A stretch of DNA of 64,000 nt from Octopus vulgaris (Eukaryota), in NCBI GenBank assembly GCA_951406725.2, contig OX597819.1, positions 109,616,001-109,680,000 of the forward strand, in the 5' to 3' direction. Positions 52,751-64,000 of this stretch are shown here, piece by piece; the stretch's first letter is position 1; every line of letters begins with the position of its first letter. The position numbers were made by a program, and so were the translations under genes. The notes under the pieces are model-generated. The model was not told the origin of the DNA. It was given only the letters and a program-made list of their open reading frames with translations, and searched no databases.

Positions 52751-53451
52751 ATGTTAAGGCATTAATGTATGACTTAAGGGAGATTTGACTGGTGTTTCCT
52801 GCAGATAACTGAACCACGTAGAGGCTCCCTCGTTGACTATTGTTTGTATTTTATGTTAAGGCAGTGATATATGACTTAAGGAAGATTTGACTGGTATTTC
52901 CAGCAGGTAACTGAACCACGTAGAAGCTCCCTCGTTGGCTATTGTTTGTATTTTATGTTAAGGCAGTAATGTATGACTTAAGGAAGATTTGACTGGTATT
53001 TCCAGCAGGTAACTGAACCACGTAGAGGCTCCCTCGTTGACTATTGTTTGTATTTTATGTTAAGGCAGTAATGTATGACTTAAGGGAGATTTGACTGGTA
53101 TTTCCAGCAGGTAACTGAACCACGTAGAAGCTCAGTCGTTGGCTATTGTTTGTATTTTATGGTAAGGCAGATTAAGGGGGATTTGACTGGTATTTCTAGC
53201 AGGTAACTGAACCACGTAGAAGCTCCTCGTTGGCTACTGTTTGTATTTTATGTTAAGGCAGTGATGTATGACTTAAGGGAGATTTGACTGGTATTTCTAG
53301 CAGGTAACTGAACCACGTAGAAGCTCCTCGTTGGCTACTGTTTGTATTTTATGTTAAGGCAGTGATGTATGACTTAAGGGAGATTTGACTGGTATTTCCA
53401 GCAGGTAACTGAACCACGTAGAAGCTCCCTCGTTGGCTATTGTTTGTATTT
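52751..53451 (+). repeat. Minisatellite, 7 copies of a ~102-bp unit derived from dispersed repeat family E
   Basis: Units start at 52751, 52853, 52955, 53057, 53159, 53250 and 53351. GGGAGATTTGACTGGTATTTCTAGCAGG..CCACGTAGAGGCTCCCTCGTTGG is also seen singly near 7835-7890, 43080-43370 and inverted near 54215 and 62890. Confidence 0.92.
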
Positions 53452-53769
53452 AGGTTTCTTGGTTTGTTCTCGTAGTTAGGAAGTTAGACACTGGAACGGC
53501 TATCCATTAAACAATCATTCATTCATTCAGCTAGCAATAACCACGCTTTGGATTTACTCTCGTTGCCTACGATAAGAACTTTTATTGTACAATACAAGCA
53601 AAAAGACGTCAAGTCTCCTTCAAGCCACAGCCTGTCTATCTTCTTTCAAAAATAGAAGAGCATATTGTACGATGTAGTCGAAGATATACAATGTCCGAAA
53701 ACAAACAGTATGGTCGTCATTTTTTGATCACATTCCAACCGGGTAAAAACGCCTTCCACGCTTGGAGAC

Positions 53770-53817
<48 letters not shown>

Positions 53818-53929
53818 TACACATACACACACTCACACACACGCACACGCACACGCTCGCGCTCGCACACGCTCGCGCTCGCACACGCAGATTCATCCGT
53901 GTATTGTTGCGTGCCTTTGTTGTAATTAC

Positions 53930-54019
<90 letters not shown>

Positions 54020-54659
54020 AAGACTTACAATAGCAACAGCTACAGCTACACATCAGTGTGTATGTGTGTGTGTACGTGTGTGTGTATGTATGTGTGATAG
54101 ATATAGAAATATAGAAACAGAGAGGGACGAAAAGTCAAACAGAAACACTGAGACAGAGAGGAAAAGAGAAAGAAAGAGATAGAGAGGGAGACAGAGAAAA
54201 AGGAGAGAAACACTAGCCAAATCTCCCTCAGATTACGCCATTGAATGACATTACCCTAGATGTATTTTGTCTGGAAAAATGGTTGGCCACAACTGGAGCA
54301 TGTTTGATCATAGGTCTGCCGGACCGGAGATGATCTAAAGCTGAATATTAATCGCAAATGTCCGCTTTGACTAGAAAGTCCACTCCCTGGACGCTCGCTC
54401 TGTTACAAATAGCAACCACCATTACTCTCAAGTCATACTTTATCATCTTTAGAACATGAGAGAACACAATGGATAATGTAGTCTTCGATATACGAGGAGT
54501 AATTAAAAAATGACATGGGAAGGTAGTCATGACAAGAATGCTTAATTATAAAACTTTTAGAAGAGATCTAACATCGCAAAAATGACAAGAGTAAACTTTC
54601 GAGTCGTTGAAAGAGCTGCTATCTGGTTTTCTATGTAGCATCTGTAAGCTAGAAGTAAG

Positions 54660-55250
54660 AATCAAACCTCTCTACGTTCCCTGGACGTCGACGTCGTGTC
54701 GAGTGGAGTGTAGTTCTTAGCTGAGCTTCTTAATTGTTGACCTGTATGCGATTTTGGCCACAGATACCCAAAAACGATGGCGACTGTGATAGAGAGATCA
54801 CTGCAATCATTCTTTCTTAATGCAGTCAACTTGATTGAAGTTAAAATCATGGGTATGGTATGGGCTCTAGGTACAGTGGTGATTGTTCGTTGGAGTAGTG
54901 ATCGATTGAAGCAGATCTTCGCTCGCATGCATAGAACATGGTGAATTAAGGCATTTGAGGATATCTCGTCGTAAGCCTTTCGCACTTGAATTGTGGCTGC
55001 CTGGTTAATATCTACCAGTCAAAATTATCTCTTCTTTTGAAGCCATTATAAAATAATGATCGATAGAGGGTTGGCTAGTTTTGAAATCAGTCGGAGAACT
55101 TAGAAGATTCAGTCCAAGATAGATTTGAATCTCAGCAGTAGGTTGGAGAATCGTGTCTTTCGATGCCATTTTGGAACTGTGAAGAAAACTTCCCCTTAAT
55201 TTATTTTACACTGATGCAGACACAGAAATGTTTATTGATACCTTCTGAAG
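54660..55250 (-). pseudogene. Very decayed non-LTR RT fragment
   Basis: RKAYD (RT motif DxxKAFD-like) at ~54970-54985 and an upstream QNG.. motif; many stops. Confidence 0.35.
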
Positions 55251-55519
55251 ACTGGGTGTTGAATCTCGGAGTAAGCAGTCAGTTAGATAATGCGGAGCGG
55301 CCTGCGGACGAAGAACGATAGAAAGCAAAGATGCTGCTTCAGAGCTTTGACACAAGGCAAGTGTTCACATCTATTCATCAATCAGGATCCCAAACGAAGT
55401 GTAGCAAAGCGGAAATGGTCCCAAACTTATCGACAGTTGGAATTCAAGGTTCGATTAATTTCCGTCTCTACTATGGAAGTTATTGGTATTTAGTCTTTTT
55501 TGGTTATCTATTCTTTTCG

Positions 55520-55850
55520 ACTCTAGGCATAAGTACTTAATTTATCGACCCCGAAAGGATGAAAGGCAAAGTTGACCTCGGCGGAATTTGAACTCAGAAC
55601 GTAGCGGCAGACGAAATACCTATTACTTTACTACCCACAAGGTGCTAAACACAGAGGACAAACAAGAACAGACAAACGGATTAAGTCGATTATATCGACC
55701 CCAGTGCGTAACTGTTACTTATTTAATCGACCCCGAAAGGATGAAAGGCAAAGTCGACCTCGGCGGAATTTGAACTCAGAACGTAACGGCAGACGAAATA
55801 CGGCTACGCATTTCGCCCGGCGTGCTAACGTTTCTGCCAGCTCACCGCCT
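55520..55850 (-). mobile_element. SINE family B dimer
   Basis: Head at 55850; junction GAAATACCTATT at ~55613. Confidence 0.88.
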
Positions 55851-56232
55851 TTTCTTTGGTTATCTATTGACTTTCTGTAAATCTATCTGTAAAATGCAAA
55901 GGGTTCATGCAAAAATAAAAATAAAAATAAAACGAACTAAGCGAAAGAAATTCTTTTAAAACAATCTGAAATCACATTTTTGTAAACGCTGCAACTCTGG
56001 ATCGGAGCCATATTTATTTATTTATTTATTTATTTATTGAATCTGAATATTTATGTCGCCGTTATTTAGAGCTGAGTGCGGAACTGATGCGCAAAAAATT
56101 GACTACATTCATATTCAACATCAATAAATAAATATATCATGTCATCTCTTTGTAGTGAGTAACATATATGATGGTTGTGGCATAGAATTACAATGATTGT
56201 GACTATTTACACATACATACAAAAATACATGC

Positions 56233-56303
<71 letters not shown>

Positions 56304-56420
56304 CATATATACATATGTATGCATACACACACACGAACATAATATGCGCATACATATGTGAATGCATATATGTATTACCGCATTACACATTTCCCTTGTT
56401 TCATAATATTACCATAACAT

Positions 56421-56820
56421 AAGGCGGCGAGCTGGCAGAAACGTTAGCACGCCGGGCGAAATGCTTAGCGGTATTTCGTCTGCCGTTACGTTCTGAGTTC
56501 AAATTCCGCCGAGGTCGACTTTGCCTTTCATCCTTTCGGGGTCGATAAATTAAGTACTAGTTACGCACTGGGGTCGATAGAATCGACTTGATATGTTTGT
56601 CTGTCCTTGTTTGTCCCTTCTGTGTTTAGTCCCTTGTGGGTTGTAAAGATATAGGTACGTCTTCCGTCTTTACATTCTGAGTTCAAATCCCGTCGAGTCG
56701 ACTGTGCCTCATATTTTCGTGGTTGATAAAGTAAGAACTGTTTGAATACTGGAGTTGATGTAATCGACTTATCTCTCCCCCAACTTTCTGGCTCTGTGCT
56801 AAAATTTGAAATCATTATTA
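56421..56820 (+). mobile_element. SINE family B (young head plus diverged second body)
   Basis: AAGGCGGCGAGCTGGCAGAAACGTTAGCAC head. Flanked by repeated ATTACCATAAC (56408-56418 and 56817-56827). Confidence 0.85.
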
Positions 56821-57085
56821 CCATAACGTGAAATTCCGTAACGCAAGTACATTCTCTCATTGACTTCCATGTCACAAACTCAATGGCGCTTCGATGGAAT
56901 GTTTTTTTTAAGTTAAAAAAAAAGTAAAATGAAAATTATAAGAAAACTATTTGTACATAATTTGTCATATTTTTGTTTATATACAGTCACGGTACTTCGA
57001 TTCGAGTGTTTCAAAATCGGTAACCGGAAACTCCAGGGAAACAATACAAAGATCCTCAACTTCTAATAAAGAGTATAAATAAAGA

Positions 57086-57144
<59 letters not shown>

Positions 57145-57778
57145 GCGTTTCAAGTTTCTTACAACTTTCGCCAAGAGTCAAATACAGTGTGTCGTTTCAT
57201 ATTTACGTATACAAATATTGTTATATATTGTTTAACTGAAGCACAAGGCTAGAAAAAATCGATGTCAGAGGTTAAGTTGACTACATCAACGCCGGTACTT
57301 GACTGGCGTTTTACTTTATCGAATATGAAAGGATAAAAGGCAATGTTAACCACAGGGCGAAAAGATCCAGAAGAAATACAGTGTAGCAATTATAAATACT
57401 ATAAAATAGTATTTTGGAGTAGGAATACAATGTAGAAAAAGAAAATCTGATTTAAAAGATCCTTTTACTCATCTGAGGAGATGCGTATGCTACTATTGTC
57501 GAGTGATATTAATTAACACGGTGTTGTTTATAACATATGTAACGTTCAACATTGAATAGTTAGTAATGACGTGTTAAAACAATTGTAGTGATATATAATA
57601 GAGCATGTTCAATCCATCTTCTCTTACTAATGTTTTTGGTATAAACTCTACGGATACTTACAGATTTCTACATGTGTATCCAGTGGCAGAAGTGCCACTG
57701 TATAATAGCATTTGGTAGCGTATACTCATAGAGGAACTATGGACAACACACTACATGTTTTATAGCCAGCTTATATTA

Positions 57779-57859
<81 letters not shown>

Positions 57860-57904
57860 GTGTCGTAAGACGACGTATGAGGGCGCCGCAATTTCTTGCT
57901 GAAG

Positions 57905-58101
57905 AATCACACAGATGATTTGTTTATAGTGATCAAATGTTTGTGTTCACATAAGCTCACTCCTTCCATCAGATCGACATTACCTGTACAGGTGCAAGAC
58001 GTGCCGCATGTCAGATGACGAAATGATCGCGGAGCAACGTGAGATGAAGTGTTTTGTTCAAGAACACAACGCAACATCCCTGTCCGAGAATCGAAACCGC
58101 G
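57905..58101 (-). mobile_element. Diverged family A-related SINE fragment
   Basis: GGAGCAACGTGAGATGAAGTGTTTTGTTCAAGAACACAACGC...GAATCGAAACCGCGAT matches the head/core of family A. The tail differs. Confidence 0.7.
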
Positions 58102-58130
58102 ATATAGATATATGCAGATATACATACACA

Positions 58131-58220
<90 letters not shown>

Positions 58221-58893
58221 ATGTATGCATTAAAAAGCGAATTGACTTCAACAATACTGTAGATATCTACTATATATAACAATTCTAAGGAGGTATGGAG
58301 ATATTGTTATTTACGAGAAAAGAAGTAGAGCTTTATTGAACTAGTTATTACTTTTGACAGTATTTGGTAATTAAATGATACATTTCTACATCATGATATC
58401 CCGAGTTGGTAATGTTATGTGATAACTTAGCTACGAATATTGTTATCGTAATTTTTTCATCCCTGAGCTTGGTTTTACTTGTTTGATTTTCATCTTAATA
58501 TGTTATGTCGGCTCAGATTGGATGTTATTTGAGTTATAGTCTTGTCAGAAATTAATCGATAATTACATGCTATATATATATGTATATATATATATATATA
58601 TATACTCTGACTTTCCAAAAGTCAGAGTGTGTCCCAGAAAAGGTTAGAGAGTGATGAGTTTCGTGTAAGCTCTGAGATAACGTGTACAATGAAGGGGCAT
58701 TGGTAGCGCCAGTGGCCTTGCTGGCTAGAGGAAAAGGGACGTAACTTAATATTTCGGTTTAATGCTAAATTTTTCAGCCCATTTTCCAGTCTAAATAAGC
58801 ATAATCAGCGCAGCAATTGTCCTACTTTTTTCTGTAGCAGTATAACAGTATAATAGCAGTATATATGTGTATATATGTATGCATATATGTGTG

Positions 58894-58955
<62 letters not shown>

Positions 58956-59086
58956 CAAGCATATATACGTATATGTATATATATATATATCCACACATGT
59001 GCATATATATATAATATACATGGACATATATACATAGATATATGCATATGTATGTATGTATGCATATATGTATGTATGTATGCATG

Positions 59087-59167
<81 letters not shown>

Positions 59168-59214
59168 CTGTGTATCTATATGTATGCGTGTATCACACAA
59201 ACGACTTATGGTAA

Positions 59215-60370
59215 AACTCCTTGCAATGACTGGGTGTGAAATATTATCTTTATGACTGGTTGAAGCCCTTCATTAATGGCCAAAAGGAGTTAGTCATGGA
59301 TCTGGGACAGTATTTTTCACCTTATGAGACGACATGTGGTGTACCACTGGGAACTGTTTCTTGGACCTCGGTTGCTTGTTGCATATATCAGTGACGTAGA
59401 TGCCAACTTGAAGGACGTTACGATGGTGGGGATACGCAGTTGACATCAAGCTGTATCTTGAGATAAAAAGGACAGATCTTATACGCTATAGATCTTTCTT
59501 GCAATTAGAACAGGACACAATGCAGCAATGGATTACTGACTAGAAATATAAGTTGGCTGTAGACAAGTGAACCGCCAAACATTTTGGAAACAAACCTAGT
59601 TTTTACATGCATCCTCTCCAACATCAATCTTAAGAAGTTTGCTAATGAATGTGACCAGGGCATTATTGTTAATAGCAATTTGAATTAAGTAGGCCGAGAG
59701 TGTAAGTGAAACCTTTGTCAGCTTCTCTCCATCATCTGTTTAAACGGCTTATATCTCTCCATCTGTCTATTTAATCGGTTTATATATCTCCATTTATATA
59801 TGGCTATGGTAGGTCCATACTTAGAGTTTGCATCACCAATCTGGAACCCCCATCTTACTCAGCACACCAGTCTCCTGGAAACTGTGCAGAAACGCACAAC
59901 CAGACAAAAATCCGCTGTCAGGCATCTACCATACTCTGAACGTCTTGATTCCCTGGGCATGGACGCACTAAAGCTATGATGCCTGACATCTGACTTGGTA
60001 GACATCCACAAGATTATCCACCATTTTTCCAACAACAACCTTGGACACCTTTTTTGGATTTCATGGACATTGTTACAACATCAAAAAACAACACAGCACC
60101 CATGATTTTTGGAAGCATATTTTCATGCTCAGGATTGCTGAAACATGGAATACACTACCTGCATCAGTTCTTAGCTGTCAGGATGCTACATCTTTCAAAA
60201 CCTCCGTGCTTCCTGAAATTCGCCAACATCACATTTGATACTCTCCCCACCCATTTTTTAAAACAACTAATTCACTGTTTACTTTCTGTTCATATTGTAC
60301 GTACCATTCTTGCACATTTGGTTACTTTTTCTCATGAGTTGTAATGTGCTTGATCATTGTATACAATAAG

Positions 60371-60435
<65 letters not shown>
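59215..60435 (+). pseudogene. Decayed CR1-group LINE 3' portion with (TAT)n tail
   Basis: GVPLGTV..LGP.LLVAYISD..YAVDIKLY; VGPYLEFASPIWNPH..LETVQKRTTR; WNTLPASVLSCQDATSFK. Confidence 0.78.
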
Positions 60436-60438
<3 letters not shown>

Positions 60439-60439
60439 T

Positions 60440-60526
60440 TCCCACTGCGTGGCACCTTGGGCAGGTGTCTTCAACTATAGCCTCGGGTTGGTAAACAGAA
60501 ACTAAAGGAAGCCAGTCAAATATATG

Positions 60527-60598
<72 letters not shown>

Positions 60599-60603
60599 AG
60601 TGT

Positions 60604-60663
<60 letters not shown>

Positions 60664-60880
60664 TTGTTTGTCTGTGATTGTCCGCCCAACATCGTTTAAC
60701 AACCGATGGTGGTGTGTTTACGTCCCCGTAACTTAGCGGTTCGGCAAAAGACACCGATAGAATAAGTACTAGGCTTACAAAGAATAAGTCCTGGGGTCAG
60801 TTTGCTCGACTAAAGGCGGTGCTCCAGCATGGTCGCAGTCAAATGACTGAAACAAGTAAAAGAGTAAAAGAGTAAAGAGA
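60440..60880 (+). mobile_element. SINE family C, 5'-truncated
   Basis: CCCACTGCGTGGCACCTTGGGCAGG core, internal (TA)(TG), tail TGACTGAAACAAGTAAAAGAGTAAAAGAG. Confidence 0.85.
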
Positions 60881-61042
60881 GTTATTGTATCGTTTATTTT
60901 AAGTGAATTCTTTCTGGAGACTCTAGTTTCCCACCAGAACTGTTGTCGGCTAGGTTCATCAAATGGATTTAAATGAAGTCTATACTCTATATCATATATA
61001 GAGTATTCTCTATTCTGCAAGGAATATAATACTGGAATATAA

Positions 61043-61385
61043 AAAGGTAAAGACCCCCTTCGGTCATGAGTGACCATGGGTTTGCACCTAGAGAGTTACC
61101 CTCTGAGGCACAAGTCTGGGCAAGGTTGTTTTATGGAAGACCAGTAGTCGCCCATGCATACCGGCCTCCCCTCTCCACGCCACCAGTGTTATCCAAGGGA
61201 AAGACAAAGGTCGATACAGCTTGGCACCTGTGACGCCGCAACTCATTTCTACAGCTGAGTGAACTGGAGCAACGTGAAAATAAAGTGTCTTGCTCAAGAA
61301 CACAACACGCAGCCCGGTCCGGGATTCGAGCTCACAACCTCACGATCGTAAGCTCGACGCTCTAACCACTGAGCCATGCGCCTTC
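61043..61385 (-). mobile_element. tRNA-derived SINE, family A, full length with 12-bp TSD
   Basis: About 3 differences from copy 169-507. Flanked by ACTGGAATATAA at 61031-61042 and 61386-61397. Confidence 0.93.
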
Positions 61386-61419
61386 ACTGGAATATAATGT
61401 ATTGAATTTACTATAGACT

Positions 61420-61553
61420 CATACGTACACACATACATACTTACATACATACATACATATATACATACACACATATATACATACATACATACATACATAC
61501 ATACATACATACATAGAAGCATGCATACATACATACATACATACATACATACA

Positions 61554-61586
<33 letters not shown>

Positions 61587-62290
61587 GTATGTAGTGAAGC
61601 GGTTAAGTTTAGAAATGTGCGTGCAGCTGTTTATTTTTTTGTGCACGAAAAGACAAAGAACAGAAGGAGAGAGAACGATAGAGAGGGGAGAGAGAGAGAG
61701 AGAAAGGGGGAGAGAGAGCGGAAGAGAGAAAGGGAAAAAGAAAGAGTGAAAAGTGAGACAAATAGAAAGTGAAACGCGTGCGTATGCGTTTGTAAATAGA
61801 TAATAGAAAGCGTGACATCCCCACCACCACACATCTGTATGTATGTATGTATGTATGTATGTATGTATGAGTGTTTGTATGTATGTATGTATGTATGTAT
61901 GTATGTATGTATGTATGTATGTATGTATGTGTGTATGAGTGTATGAGTGTTTGTATGTATGAATGTATGTATGTATGTATGTATGTATGTATGTATGTAT
62001 GTATGTGTGTATGAGTGTATGAGTGTTTGTATGTATGAATGTATGTATGTATGTATGTATGTATGTATGTATGTATGTATGTATGTATGTATGTATGTAT
62101 GTATGTGTATATATATATGCACGTGGGTATGTATGTTAGTATGTATGTATGTATGTATGTATGTATGAGTGCTTGTATGAGTGTATGCATGCATGTATGT
62201 ATGTATGTATGTATGTACGTGTGTGTTTGTATGTATGCATGTATGTGTGTGTTTGTATGTATGTATGTATGTATGTATACATATATGTGT
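61420..62290. repeat. (TACA)n and inverted (TATG)n compound microsatellites
   Basis: Directly visible. Confidence 0.93.
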
Positions 62291-62425
62291 TTGTGTACGT
62301 CAGAGAGAAGTAGAAAAGGAGAGAGAAAGGGAGAGACACACACACAAACAGAGAGAGAGAGTATGCGAGGGAGTGGTAGGGAGAGAGAGGGAGAGGGAGA
62401 GGGAGAGAGAGAATGTGAGAGGGAG

Positions 62426-62456
<31 letters not shown>

Positions 62457-62595
62457 GTGAGAGAGAAAGAAAGAGAGAGAGAGAGAACAGAAAGCAAAGA
62501 AAAATGAATAGAAACAAACAAAAAAAATATCTGAAATGAAACGAAAAGAAATAAAATAAAATAAAATAAAATAAAATAAAAATCAAACAAAAACT

Positions 62596-62629
<34 letters not shown>

Positions 62630-62739
62630 ACACAGCATCTAAGAAAGATCCCAGCTCGAAAAGAAGCCAAAACAGAACAATGGAAATCAATAAGGAAGAG
62701 TCGATTGCACGGCCGTACACCCACCCTCACATTCATACA

Positions 62740-62786
<47 letters not shown>

Positions 62787-63447
62787 TACACGCATACACA
62801 CACCAACACATATACACACACCGACACACATACATACATTCACAGACACATGTCCACATATCAGCAACATTTTACTACTTAGCGTGAGGGGTTCTCTGTG
62901 GTCGCTCCACCAGTCAGAAATAACAGCCAAATTACCCTCGCAGCTATATATATCTATCATAATTTCATCTTACCATGTTCCCCGAGGGCCCCCTATACGA
63001 TTGCTAGACAAACTAGAAATAATAATCCAGTCTCTTTCAAATTACACCGACCACCTTAAGAAAAAGAAAAAAAAATATATATAGATATAGGGTGGTTGAA
63101 ATAAGGATGGGATGGTCATGCCTAGAACGTCTTCTTATCATAGATCAACCGCCCTGATATGAAACTTTTATAACAAAGAAGTGATACTCATACACTTACA
63201 CAACTCCCCACACATACACATGTATACATACATACGCTTTCATTCTGCCCCTCCTCTCTCTCTCTCTCTCACACACACAGGCGCACACAAGCACACACAC
63301 ACAGGCGCACACACGCACACACACACAGGCGCACACACGCACACACACAGGCGCACACACGCACACTCACACACATAAGCATACACATATACTAGTGTAT
63401 TCACAAAACACACACACACAGGCACATACACTTCCATTGTTCTTCAT

Positions 63448-63539
<92 letters not shown>

Positions 63540-63545
63540 TTCCAT

Positions 63546-63577
<32 letters not shown>

Positions 63578-64000
63578 AAGGCGGCGAGCTGGCAGAGACG
63601 TTAGCACGCCGGGTGAAATGCTTAGCAGTATTTAGTCTGTCTTTATGTTCAGAGTTCAAATTCCGTCGAGGTCGACTTTGCCTTTCATCCTTTCGGGATC
63701 GATTAAATAAGTACCAGTTACGCACTGGGGTCGATATAATCGACTTAATCCGTTTGTCTGTCCTTGTTTGTCCTCTCTATGTTTAGCCCCTTGTGGGCAA
63801 TAAAGAAATGAGAAACGTTAGCACGCCGGGCGAAATTTCAAATTCCGCCGAGGTCGACTTTGCCTTTCATCCTTTCGGGGTCGATAAATTAATTACCAGT
63901 TACGAACTGGGGTCGATGTAATCGACTTAATACCTATGTCTGTCCTTGTTTGTCTCTCTGTGTTTAGCCCCTTGTGGGTAATAAAGAAATAGGTATTTCG
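63578..64000 (+). mobile_element. SINE family B tandem array running off the window end
   Basis: Head at 63578; junctions AAGAAATGAGAAACGTTAGC (~63805) and GAAATAGGTATTTCG (63986-64000). Confidence 0.88.

Noticed and set aside
52751-53451. Regularly spaced repeats resembling a CRISPR array
   Set aside because: Whole 102-bp units repeat with no unique spacers, there are no cas genes, and the context is eukaryotic.

Overview
This is an AT-rich eukaryotic intergenic or intronic window saturated with microsatellites. Its repeat content looks like an octopus (cephalopod) genome, which is an inference from recognised repeat families and not a database result. I find no host protein-coding exon I can support, and nearly all track ORFs are microsatellite translations. 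Genuine coding signal comes only from retroelements: a young 5'-truncated Penelope-like element (PLE; RT C-terminus plus Zn-linker plus GIY-YIG, 40400-41924, minus), a second PLE 3' end (28031-28533), R4/Dong-type LINE fragments, CR1-group LINE fragments and an RTE tail. There are also at least four tRNA-derived SINE families, two hAT MITEs with 8-bp TSDs, a 102-bp minisatellite and two local duplications. The most notable signal is about ten minimal type I hammerhead ribozyme (HHR) motifs of PLE type, which I identified by eye. They include (i) a cassette of tRNA/Pol III head, microsatellite and HHR that lies inside a PLE 3' end and also occurs alone as a head-to-head inverted pair with a TSD, (ii) an HHR family with a shared non-canonical A6U core, and (iii) several fold-back elements built from two inverted HHR-bearing arms with very long stem II. 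One SINE family repeatedly forms ~184-bp concatemers with the same self-complementary junction.
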